From an uncultured Acidobacteriota bacterium (lineage in GTDB: Bacteria > Acidobacteriota > Vicinamibacteria > Fen-336): 64,000 nucleotides of DNA. Numbering within the stretch: the stretch's first letter is position 1; every line of letters starts with the position of its first letter. Location: positions 366,814 to 430,813 of the forward strand of contig CAVUFF010000009.1 in NCBI GenBank assembly GCA_963740655.1, given 5' to 3'. The notes beneath the pieces were generated by a model, which had not been told where the DNA came from, did not search any database, and saw only the letters and a program-made list of their open reading frames with translations. The position numbers and the translations under genes are program-made. This document shows positions 56,841-64,000 of this stretch, in pieces.

Positions 56841-57289
56841 GCCAGGAACACGAGCCCTTCATGCGCCAGGCGCTCGCGCTCGCCGAGCGGGCGCGCGACC
56901 TTGGCGAGGTGCCGGTCGGGGCGGTCGTGGTACGGGACGGAGCCGTGCTCGGCCGCGGCTGGAACCGGCCGATCCAGGCGAAGGACCCGACGGCCCACGC
57001 GGAAGTGGTGGCGCTGCGCGAGGCCGCGTCGGCCGCCTCGAACTATCGCCTCAGCGGGGCGACGCTCTACGTCACGATCGAGCCCTGCCTGATGTGCCTG
57101 GGCGCGGTCGTGCACGCGCGCGTGGCCACCGTCGTGTTCGGTGCGGACGATCCGAAGACGGGGGCGGTGCGATCGCTCGTCGACCCGAACGCGCTGCCGC
57201 TCAACCATCGCTTCGCCGTGGTGTCCGGCGTGCTCGCCGAGGAGTGCGGCGCGCTCGTGCGGGACTTCTTCCGCGCGCGGCGGGAGTGA
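56837..57289 (+). CDS. tadA: tRNA-specific adenosine deaminase
   Basis: GTGA overlap with the kinase stop. Motifs TAHAEVVAL and TIEPCLMCLGA. Confidence 0.9.
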   Translation: MSQEHEPFMRQALALAERARDLGEVPVGAVVVRDGAVLGRGWNRPIQAKDPTAHAEVVALREAASAASNYRLSGATLYVTIEPCLMCLGAVVHARVATVVFGADDPKTGAVRSLVDPNALPLNHRFAVVSGVLAEECGALVRDFFRARRE

Positions 57290-57326
57290 CGGCGGGTTAT
57301 CGTGTCGGCTCGCGAAAGGACCTCGC

Positions 57327-58265
57327 ATGAACCGTCGTGAATTCCTCGGAGCCGTCGCGGTCTCGGCCGTGGCTCCCGCGCTCGTCCGTGCCGAGCCCGC
57401 GGGCGAGTGGGGCGCGCCCGTCTTCGACCTCCACTTCCACCTGCGCCCGCAGCCGGGCGCCAACCTCGCGCATCTCGACGGTGCGGGCATCGCAGCGGCC
57501 AACCTGCTCACGCGCGGCGACGTCCTCGATCAGGTGAAGGCGCTCGAGGTCCTGGCGCCCGGGCGGTTTGCCACCTGGTTCGCGAGCTACGACGTCGCGA
57601 AACCCGACGCCGAGGCGGCGCTGACCGAGGCCGTGAAGCGGGGCGCGCGAGGCTTCGGCGAGATGAAGTTCCACGTCGCCGCCGACGGCGAGGAGCTGCG
57701 ACGTGCCTACGCGCTGGCCGCCGAGCTGCAGGTGCCGATCCTGGTCCACTTCCAGGAGGTCGACCACTTCCCGAACGAGGGCACCTGGGCCACCGGGTAC
57801 GCGACTGCGTTCGAGTCGGTGCTCAAGGCCTGCCCGAAGACGACCTTCATCGGGCACGCCGACGCCTTCTGGGCCAACGTCAGCGCCGACTACCACAACG
57901 AGGCCGCCTATCCGACCGGTCCGGTCAAGCGCGGCGGCGTCACGGACAAGTGGCTCGCCGACTACCCCAACCTCTACGCGGACCTGGCGGCCAACTCCGG
58001 CAACAACGCGCTGTCGCGCGACCCGGAGTTCACGGCCGCCTTCCTCGAGCGCCACCAGGACAAGCTGCTCTTCGGCAGCGACTGCAGCTGCAGCGACGGC
58101 CACGGCAACGGCGTCAGCCAGGCCAACAACCCCGCGGCCGCGCGGCTCGCCGGCAAGTGCGTCGCGCGCGAGACGCTCGGCCTGCTGAAGCGCCAGGCCG
58201 CCCCCGGCGCCTTCCGCAAGATCGTGTGGGACAACGTCCACCGGCTGCTCAAGATTCAGGGGTAA
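57327..58265 (+). CDS. Tat-exported amidohydrolase-family metal hydrolase
   Basis: Internal ATG of track ORF 57141..58265. MNRREFLGAVAVSAVAPALVRA, FDLHFHL, ILVHF, and LFGSDCS. Confidence 0.75.
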   Translation: MNRREFLGAVAVSAVAPALVRAEPAGEWGAPVFDLHFHLRPQPGANLAHLDGAGIAAANLLTRGDVLDQVKALEVLAPGRFATWFASYDVAKPDAEAALTEAVKRGARGFGEMKFHVAADGEELRRAYALAAELQVPILVHFQEVDHFPNEGTWATGYATAFESVLKACPKTTFIGHADAFWANVSADYHNEAAYPTGPVKRGGVTDKWLADYPNLYADLAANSGNNALSRDPEFTAAFLERHQDKLLFGSDCSCSDGHGNGVSQANNPAAARLAGKCVARETLGLLKRQAAPGAFRKIVWDNVHRLLKIQG

Positions 58266-58284
58266 CCTTCGCCTAGGAGGGCCA

Positions 58285-59178
58285 ATGGAGCGCAAGACTG
58301 CCCACGACTACGACCAGGAGCTTCTGATTCTGTTCGACGCCTACGTGCACGGCGCCCTCGACCGCCGTGGCTTCCTCGACCAGGCGACGAAGTACGCGGT
58401 GGGCGGCATGACCGCCGCGATGCTGCTCGACGAGCTCAGCCCGCGCTTCGCCGAGGCGCAGGTCGTCAAGCCGGACGACGCCCGCCTCAAGGCGCAGTTT
58501 GTCGAGCTCGACTCGCCGAACGGCAACGGCAAGGTGCGCGGGTACCTCGTGCAGCCGGCGAAGCCCGCGGGGAAGCTGCCGGCGGTCCTCGTGGTCCACG
58601 AGAACCGCGGGCTCAACCCGCACATCGAGGACATCGCTCGGCGCCTGGCGCTCGACAACTTCGTGGCGTTCGCGCCCGACGCGCTCTTCACGCTCGGCGG
58701 CTATCCGGGCGACGAGGACAAGGCGCGCGAGCTCTTCTCCAAGCTCGACCAGACGAAGACGCGCGAGGACTTCGTGACCGCGCTCGGCTGGCTCAAGGCG
58801 CGTCCGGAGACAACCGGACGCGTGGGCGCCGTCGGGTTCTGCTACGGCGGGGGCATCGTCAACATGCTGGCGACGCGGGCGCCCGACCTTGTGGCGGGCG
58901 TGCCCTTCTACGGCAGCGCTCCCAACCTCGACGACGTGCCGAAGATCAAGGCGGCGCTGCTCATCCAGTCGGCCGAGAACGACGAGCGGATCAACGCCGG
59001 CTGGCCCGCGTACGAGGCCGCGCTCAAGGCGGCGAACGTGAAGTACGTCCGCCACCTCTACCCCGGCACGCAGCACGGCTTCAACAACGACACGACGCCG
59101 CGCTACGACGCCGCGGCCGCCAAGCTCGCCTGGGAGCGCACGATCGCCTTTTTCAACGAGCGCCTGCGCAAGGCGTGA
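58285..59178 (+). CDS. Dienelactone hydrolase family protein
   Basis: Tat-like region RRGFLDQATKYAVGG. VLVVHENRGLNPHIEDIARRLA, nucleophile elbow VGFCYGG and [10 protein letters not shown]. Confidence 0.9.
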   Translation: MERKTAHDYDQELLILFDAYVHGALDRRGFLDQATKYAVGGMTAAMLLDELSPRFAEAQVVKPDDARLKAQFVELDSPNGNGKVRGYLVQPAKPAGKLPAVLVVHENRGLNPHIEDIARRLALDNFVAFAPDALFTLGGYPGDEDKARELFSKLDQTKTREDFVTALGWLKARPETTGRVGAVGFCYGGGIVNMLATRAPDLVAGVPFYGSAPNLDDVPKIKAALLIQSAENDERINAGWPAYEAALKAANVKYVRHLYPGTQHGFNNDTTPRYDAAAAKLAWERTIAFFNERLRKA

Positions 59179-59562
59179 GGTGAACGGCTAAAGGCTAGTG
59201 TGGGAGCCGATGAACTGTCAGAAGGGACGCTGACATGACACCCTCGACTCTCAGGCGGCTGACCGCGACGGCCGCCCTCTTCCTTGGTTCATTGGTCGCC
59301 TGGGTGGATACGCGACCGAACTGGGACGACACGGGTATCACCGCTGGTGCCCTCTTCTCGAGCGCCGGAGTGGTAGCCGCGCTGGGACTTAGCTGGTGGC
59401 TTTCCGCGCTCTTGGTGGCATTCCCGATCGTCTTGTTGGAGCTTCGGAGCGCCGGGTGGGGCACTCTCCTGATCCTAGCGTTTACGACCGCTGGCTCTGT
59501 CGCAGGTACTGCCTTCCGTCGCCTGAGTCATGGCCAGCGAGCGAACTGACGAGCACCTGCGC
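59156..59562 (+). other. 393-bp insertion-like segment bounded by imperfect 14-bp direct repeats (ACGAGCGCCTGCGC / ACGAGCACCTGCGC)
   Basis: Repeats lie at 59156-59169 and 59549-59562. Removing one repeat plus the 379 bp between them restores colinearity with the second hydrolase 3' copy at 62923-63239. Confidence 0.6.
59235..59549 (+). CDS. Small 3-4 TM membrane protein (hypothetical), atypical codon usage
   Basis: Track ORF. Hydrophobic segments LTATAALFLGSLVAWV, ITAGALFSSAGVVAALGLSWWLSALLVAFPIVLL, and WGTLLILAFTTAGSVAG. Many A/T-ending codons, unlike neighbouring core genes. Confidence 0.55.
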   Translation: MTPSTLRRLTATAALFLGSLVAWVDTRPNWDDTGITAGALFSSAGVVAALGLSWWLSALLVAFPIVLLELRSAGWGTLLILAFTTAGSVAGTAFRRLSHGQRAN

Positions 59563-59651
59563 CCGGCCGCGTAACCCGACCGCGCACCAGACGGCCGCCG
59601 CTGGTCAGCGCCAATGATCCGCGGAGAAGGTGACCTCTCCGGGTCGGGACG

Positions 59652-60212
59652 CTAGGGCTTGCGCCGCCGCCGCCTCGCCAGGGCCAAGAGGCCGGCTCCG
59701 AGCAGGCACACGGTGCCGGGCTCCGGAACGGCCGCGACGTCGGCCGTGACGTACTGCGTGTTGTCGAAGTTATTCGAGTCCCAGTAGTAGAGGCTCAGCG
59801 CCCCGGAGACGGGAGCCGTACCGACGAAGCTCGTGCCGACCACGAAGAAGTTGAGCCCGTCGAACGATCCCACTAGAGTCCCGAACGGCGCCCCCAGGCC
59901 GCTCTGGTTGTGAATTCCGAAGTCGACGCCGATCAGCGTGCCCGCCGGCTCTCCGGAGTCGTCGGTCCCGGTCGCGAACCGGTTAGGAGGGGTCAGACCG
60001 TCCGCGTTCGACCACCGGGGCAGGGCGCCGGCGTTCCAGAGATCGTTCGGGTCGACGCTGACCGTGTACGCGTCTCCGGCGTTGAAGAAAAGCGTGGCAG
60101 CGCCGCTCCCGCCGCTCGAACTATTCAGCTTGGCATCCACGACGAACGGCGTCGCGCTCGCCAGAGCCGGACTCAACGACAAAGCCACGAGCGCCAACCA
60201 GGTCTTCCGCAT
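59652..60212 (-). CDS. PEP-CTERM-anchored secreted protein
   Basis: ATG at 60212 follows GGGAGGGG. Signal peptide MRKTWLALVALSLSPALASA. C-terminal sorting signal VPEPGTVCLLGAGLLALARRRRRKP. Confidence 0.8.
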   Translation of the reverse strand: MRKTWLALVALSLSPALASATPFVVDAKLNSSSGGSGAATLFFNAGDAYTVSVDPNDLWNAGALPRWSNADGLTPPNRFATGTDDSGEPAGTLIGVDFGIHNQSGLGAPFGTLVGSFDGLNFFVVGTSFVGTAPVSGALSLYYWDSNNFDNTQYVTADVAAVPEPGTVCLLGAGLLALARRRRRKP

Positions 60213-60321
60213 CTCGCCCCTCCCAAGGACAGGTCGATAGTTGGAGTGCAAAAGCAGTGCCGGCCATTAAGTCATTCATTTGGAGCCGACTGACGGCCGT
60301 CTGCTGGTCGGAAGTCGTCAA

Positions 60322-60350
60322 GTCCCTTTACAGGTCCCGTCCCTTTACAG
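60322..60350 (+). repeat. Two 12-nt direct repeats GTCCCTTTACAG, 17-nt period
   Basis: Read directly at 60322-60333 and 60339-60350, about 60 nt from the tRNA fragment. Confidence 0.8.
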
Positions 60351-60410
60351 AAATGCGACCTCCGCGAGGGTTGGGGCTCGTCGGCTGTTGGATCGGAGTT
60401 TCCTGGAGGC

Positions 60411-60434
60411 TGGCGGAGAGGGTGGGATTCGAAC
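60411..60434 (-). other. tRNA-Ser-like 3' fragment (T-loop to CCA), not a complete tRNA
   Basis: The reverse complement reads GTTCGAATCCCACCCTCTCCGCCA. This is T-loop TTCGAAT, the 3' T-stem, acceptor 3' strand CCTCTCC, discriminator G and CCA, as in bacterial tRNA-Ser 3' ends. The sequence just upstream (TTGCG) cannot pair with CCCAC, and no D-arm or anticodon arm can be drawn. Confidence 0.6.
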
Positions 60435-60482
60435 GCAACGCCCGCCTCCGACGCCGCTGACTCCCTCCAACCTGTCAACGGG

Positions 60483-60689
60483 TTAGCACCCGAGCCGACC
60501 GGCGCGAGTGTCGCTGGACGCTCCCGTGGCGGCCGAAGAGGGACAGAACGGGGACAGTTCCTCGGGCGAGGGCGGGCGGTGAGCATCGACCCCGAGATGC
60601 TCGACCCAGAGCGCAAGCCCGCGGAGCAGGCCATTCCGGCGCTCGACCGTGAGCGTGTCTTTCGGACTCTCAAGAGCATTGAAGCTCAT
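60483..60689 (-). CDS. Hypothetical small ORF (68 aa)
   Basis: Track ORF only. No motif recognised, and codon bias is weak. Confidence 0.25.
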   Translation of the reverse strand: MSFNALESPKDTLTVERRNGLLRGLALWVEHLGVDAHRPPSPEELSPFCPSSAATGASSDTRAGRLGC

Positions 60690-60745
60690 GGCTCGCGCCC
60701 TTGATCGCGAAGTCGGGTCGCGGCCGCGAACAGACCCGAAAGCAC

Positions 60746-60967
60746 TCAGCGCGAAGCGCCGAGCATCCCCGACGCATCGAGTACGAGCCCACTCGCCAGC
60801 ATTTCCCCCGTGATGACCGACGCGAATCCGGCAGTGCCAATGAAAATGAGAACGCGGGCGGCGTACCCGGCCCCTCGACAGGCCTCCTCAAGGTCGTCCG
60901 TTCGGCCATACGGTGCATAGCGGACGCCTTCCTCGGCTAAGACTTCTTCGCCCTGCTTCAGGATCAC
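60746..60967 (-). CDS. Hypothetical small ORF (73 aa)
   Basis: Track ORF with a GTG start, preceded in frame by TAG. Contains ARVLIFIGTAGFASVITGEMLASG. No family recognised. Confidence 0.3.
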   Translation of the reverse strand: MILKQGEEVLAEEGVRYAPYGRTDDLEEACRGAGYAARVLIFIGTAGFASVITGEMLASGLVLDASGMLGASR

Positions 60968-61088
60968 CGGACGGCACCCGAGGCATGGACGTGGAAGAGT
61001 CGGCTAGTCCGCACTTGCGGCGGCGAGCTAGCGCAGCGCACCGCCACGCCCGAAAGCCGGGCGGCCTCGCCCCAATGGAAGCAACGAC

Positions 61089-61112
61089 GCCGGGGCCCGC
61101 GAAGGCCCCGGC
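61089..61112 (-). terminator. Putative intrinsic terminator of the S53 peptidase gene
   Basis: GCCGGGGCC-CGCGAA-GGCCCCGGC, a 9-bp stem, 36 nt downstream of the stop at 61148. On the coding strand it is followed by GTCGTTGCTTCC. Confidence 0.4.
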
Positions 61113-61147
61113 TCTCGTAGGCCACGAGCGCGCGGCCGCGACCCGTC

Positions 61148-62668
61148 TTAGTGCGGCTGAACGTGACCCGGGCGAACCGGCTTCGGGTTCGGCTTCGGCT
61201 TGGTCGTGTTGACGGCGGCCACGCCGTCACCCGGTGACACGTACGCGATCAGCTTGTCCACCACCCCCATGCCGAGCGGTGACCCAACTCCCGTCGTCGC
61301 GTCCCAGTTCGTTCCCGCGCTGTAGCCGGTTATGTCGACCGGGTTGCCCAGGTAGTCGAACTCGAGCGCGGAATTGGTCCCGCTGGTGATGTCGTGGAAC
61401 GACACCGGGTAGGACTTCTTCACCTTGCCGGCGTGGTAGATCGCGGAATTGAGGAAGCCGAGCTGTTTGCCGGCCTTGTGGTTCGCGATCGCCGCAATCG
61501 CCGCCCATTGCGGGGCGCCCGCGCTGGTGCCACCGAATCGGTACCAGCCGTTGCCGACGCCTGGGATGCCTTGGAGCCAGGTCAGCACACCGTGCAAGAT
61601 GGCCGCGTTGTAGGCCACGTCGGGGACGGCGCGCTGCTTGCCACCCGGAATCGTCGCCTTCTGGTAAGGCGGCTCGTCGTAGACGACGCTGTAGCCGCCA
61701 CCTGTGGCAATCGTCCCGTAGCCGAAGACATTTCCGAAGTCGCCGTAGGGCAGCCCTTCGTTCCACACGATCTCGGACTGGTAGGCTCCGGGCGCGGGAT
61801 GCGCCGTCGGGTCGCAGCCCAGCGAAGCCAGGCAGTAATCCGCTGCCCTGAGCTCGGTGCCGCCGACGCTGGTGACGAGAGGATCGCTGGCGGGTGAGGA
61901 AACGGCCTTGACCCACGAGTAGTTCTCGTCGCAGGTGGGCAGCGCGGCGCCCTGGTCTGCCGACGAGGCGAACAGCGAGATGTTCATCAGGGTCGCCTTC
62001 GCGAACGCGTCGTGCCAGGCCTTGGCGGTGGCCGTGTCGAGACAGCTTTCGTTCTCGCCGAAGCTCATCGAGATGGCCGACCCGAGGTTTTGGTCGATGG
62101 CGTAGTTGAGGGCACTGATGAGGTCCTCGTCGTAGTTCGACTTCGCCTGCACGAGCACGATTCTCGCCCCCGGTGCGATCGCGTGTGACCATTCGACGTC
62201 GAGGCTGATCTCCTCGGCCCAGCCGGGATCGACAGGGGGCACACCGTCCGGCGACAGCACGGTCAGATCGACGAGGGGGAGACCGTAGAAGTTGTCGAAC
62301 ATCGCCATCTGGGCGGCCAGGTTCGGATGCGAGAACGCGTCGATGATGACGATGGTCTGGCCGGCGCCGTCGTAACCCGCCGCGATCAGGGAGTCGAGCC
62401 CGTAGGCTGCTCGCATCTGGTACGGGTCGTAGCACTGACCGGTGCTCAGTCCGACCTGGCAGGTGAACAGTCCGTATTGCGGGCCGCCGGGCGCCGTCGC
62501 CAGAGACTCCTGGGGGCCCATGCGAACCAGCGGTCGCATCCCGGAACCGGGCGCCAACGCCCCGGCAGACTGCCCCAAGACCAACACCACGGCGCTGAGG
62601 ACCAGCAGGTTGCGAAGTCGATGGCTCGCTGGTCGCGAGCCATCACGAACGCCGACACTCTGGCTCAT
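61148..62668 (-). CDS. S53-family (sedolisin/kumamolisin-like) serine-carboxyl peptidase, secreted
   Basis: ATG at 62668 follows GGAGA; the track ORF extends to 62770 through the promoter region. Signal/anchor [43 protein letters not shown], and nucleophile [13 protein letters not shown]. Confidence 0.85.
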   Translation of the reverse strand: MSQSVGVRDGSRPASHRLRNLLVLSAVVLVLGQSAGALAPGSGMRPLVRMGPQESLATAPGGPQYGLFTCQVGLSTGQCYDPYQMRAAYGLDSLIAAGYDGAGQTIVIIDAFSHPNLAAQMAMFDNFYGLPLVDLTVLSPDGVPPVDPGWAEEISLDVEWSHAIAPGARIVLVQAKSNYDEDLISALNYAIDQNLGSAISMSFGENESCLDTATAKAWHDAFAKATLMNISLFASSADQGAALPTCDENYSWVKAVSSPASDPLVTSVGGTELRAADYCLASLGCDPTAHPAPGAYQSEIVWNEGLPYGDFGNVFGYGTIATGGGYSVVYDEPPYQKATIPGGKQRAVPDVAYNAAILHGVLTWLQGIPGVGNGWYRFGGTSAGAPQWAAIAAIANHKAGKQLGFLNSAIYHAGKVKKSYPVSFHDITSGTNSALEFDYLGNPVDITGYSAGTNWDATTGVGSPLGMGVVDKLIAYVSPGDGVAAVNTTKPKPNPKPVRPGHVQPH

Positions 62669-62737
62669 CTTCGAGGTCTCCACAGTTCTTCCGCCTGTTG
62701 GCGGCCGATCGACGAATGGAGGGATCGCGTGCGGCGC

Positions 62738-62767
62738 AGCATATGGCTGCTTCAAGAGCCGTGTCAA
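62738..62767 (-). promoter_or_regulatory. Putative sigma70-type promoter of the S53 peptidase gene
   Basis: On the minus strand: TTGACA (62767-62762), 18-nt spacer, TATGCT (62743-62738), about 70 nt upstream of the ATG. Confidence 0.4.
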
Positions 62768-62922
62768 CAATCCGTCGCCGCAGTGAAGCTCAAGTAGAGG
62801 CGGGTATGCGGCCGCGGTTTCTTGGTCCGCTCAGGGGCCCAGCAGGACGGGCCGGCACCCGGAGGCATCGAAGTGGATCAGGACGGTGTATTCCATGCGG
62901 CCGATGCTCAAGGCCCGGCCCT

Positions 62923-63204
62923 GTGCCCTTCTACGGCAGCGCACCGAACCTGGAGGACGTCCCGAAGATCAAGGCGGCGCTGCTGATCCAGTCGGCCGAG
63001 AACGACGAGCGGATCAACGCCGGCTGGCCCGCGTAAGAAGCCGCCCTCAAGGCGGCGAAGGTCGACTACCAGCGCCACCTCTATCCGGGCACCCAGCACG
63101 GCTTCAACAACGACACGACCCCGCGCTACGACGCCGCGGCCGCGAAACTCGCCTGGGAGCGGACGATCGCGTTCTTCAACAAGCACCTGCGCCCGGCCGC
63201 GTAA
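62923..63204 (+). pseudogene. Dienelactone hydrolase 3' fragment (last ~93 codons) with in-frame TAA
   Basis: Colinear with 58900-59178. Reads [92 protein letters not shown]. There is no upstream hydrolase sequence. Confidence 0.85.
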
Positions 63205-63344
63205 CCCGACGTCGCATCAGACGGCCGCCGTTGGTCAGCAGCAAGGCGACGCTCGCCCGGCCGTCTACCCCTTCGTCGAAATGAGCTGACCGCCCGGCGG
63301 AAGCTGTCGATCAGCCCTCCGAGCCAGATGGTCTTTGTCGGTTC

Positions 63345-64000
63345 CTAATGCTCGGAGATGGGCACGTCCACGGAGTGGGCAAACGTGTTGGTTGTGAGCC
63401 CCGTGAGCGTGACCGCATTGACGGTGAAGACACCGTAATGCTCCTTGCGAACCACGTTGTAGGCGATCGTCGTGTGGGGAATCGGGTCGACGGCACTGAA
63501 TACGGAGATGCCTGTGGGCAGCACGGTGCTCGCGTCGTCGTCTGGTCCGTTACCCGACAGCGTGTTATAGGCAATGACGTTGTCGTTCGCGTTCTGGAAT
63601 GGCGTGTGGCTGTGGATGGCCACGCCCGGGAGCCCATTGTCGTTCGCTACATTGCCGATCACCACGTTTCCCCACGCGGCGGCGCCGGGAGGGCCGGCGA
63701 AGACCCCGATGCCCGCTGCGCCGTTGCCGCTCGAGGTGTTGTTCACGACCTGGTTCAAGTACACACCGCCGTCAGCCGGCGCCACCGGCGCGCCAAGCTG
63801 AAAGTAATGTGACGCGAGCGTGATGCCGCAATCCTTGCTGTTGTTGAGCACGCGGTTCTGCGTGATGAGGTTGCCCGAGGTCGGTCCGTCTTCGTCAGTC
63901 AGCAGGATTCCGCCCACGTTGTCCTGCACGAGGTTGCCGCTGACGACGGAGTTCGTGACGCTTTGCAGGTGTAACGCCTCGCCGCAGTCGTCCGGCGACG
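63345..64000 (-). CDS. Parallel beta-helix repeat protein (NosD/pectate-lyase-fold), N-terminal part beyond the right edge
   Basis: Track ORF 63345..63929. The frame stays open to 64000 (..SPDDCGEALHLQSVTNSVVSGNLVQDNVGGILL..). Repeated N-x-(I/V)-x-x-N motifs: NLITQNRVLNN, NQVVNNTSSGN, NVVIGNVANDN, and NVIAYNTLSGN. Confidence 0.7.
   Translation of the reverse strand, partial: SPDDCGEALHLQSVTNSVVSGNLVQDNVGGILLTDEDGPTSGNLITQNRVLNNSKDCGITLASHYFQLGAPVAPADGGVYLNQVVNNTSSGNGAAGIGVFAGPPGAAAWGNVVIGNVANDNGLPGVAIHSHTPFQNANDNVIAYNTLSGNGPDDDASTVLPTGISVFSAVDPIPHTTIAYNVVRKEHYGVFTVNAVTLTGLTTNTFAHSVDVPISEH

Noticed and set aside
60411-60500. Possible complete tRNA or tmRNA gene on the minus strand
   Set aside because: Only the last 24 nt fit a tRNA. 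The 5' T-stem (TTGCG) cannot pair with CCCAC. A candidate acceptor 5' strand (GGAGGGA) would give a molecule of only 58 nt with no D-arm or anticodon arm. The terminus ..CTCTCCGCCA is Ser-like, not the tmRNA Ala-type end.
60483-60967. Type II toxin-antitoxin pair formed by the 73-aa and 68-aa ORFs
   Set aside because: The genes are 56 nt apart rather than overlapping. Neither shows PIN, RelE, HicA, MazF or antitoxin DNA-binding motifs that I can recognise.
59610-62922. Integrase, transposase or excisionase gene inside the segment bracketed by the hydrolase 3' repeats
   Set aside because: Translating both strands by eye revealed no tyrosine or serine recombinase or DDE motifs. Only the PEP-CTERM protein, two orphan ORFs and the S53 peptidase are present. 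The mobile-element interpretation therefore stays an inference.
1-64000. CRISPR arrays, rRNA genes, intact tRNA genes, insertion sequences with terminal inverted repeats
   Set aside because: No regularly spaced repeat-spacer pattern, no rRNA-like conserved stretches, no complete cloverleaf candidates and no transposase-like ORFs were seen on either strand.

Overview
This is a 64-kb window from a very GC-rich bacterial chromosome. Third codon positions are almost all G/C, and I estimate about 70% GC by eye. Because of this, the six-frame track is dominated by long antisense shadow ORFs. I accepted about 50 genes on the basis of catalytic motifs, RBS and start context, signal peptides and codon bias. 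Starts were re-derived from amino-acid offsets in the track.

Gene content includes three Hanks-type Ser/Thr kinases, a bactofilin, a PEP-CTERM protein, a CRTAC1/ASPIC-UnbV protein, a multihaem cytochrome-TPR protein, and many secreted peptidases and glycoside hydrolases. This resembles a Myxococcota- or Acidobacteriota-like environmental organism, but taxonomy is not provable from this window.

Most of the window is ordinary chromosome: sugar oxidation genes, transporters, Msr repair enzymes, tadA and a rhomboid protease. I found no rRNA gene, no intact tRNA gene, no CRISPR array, no transposase and no integrase.

Four things stand out:
1. About 14 single-nucleotide frame changes are confined to three genes: the cytochrome-TPR gene, the translationally coupled CRTAC1 gene and one kinase. 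About 11 of them are +1 shifts. The encoded peptide segments otherwise look intact.
2. The right ~5 kb is an accessory region that looks lower in GC. It carries two diverged 317-bp direct copies of the dienelactone hydrolase 3' end, a 393-bp insertion bounded by 14-bp repeats, a tRNA-Ser 3' fragment and adjacent 12-nt direct repeats.
3. A 20-codon small ORF with a strong SD and host-like codon bias heads a methyltransferase-membrane protein operon.
4. A SpoIIE/PP2C phosphatase gene is truncated at its 5' end.

I could not recognise a complete novel multi-gene system with confidence. The best candidates for one are the cytochrome-TPR/CRTAC1 pair and the small-ORF operon.
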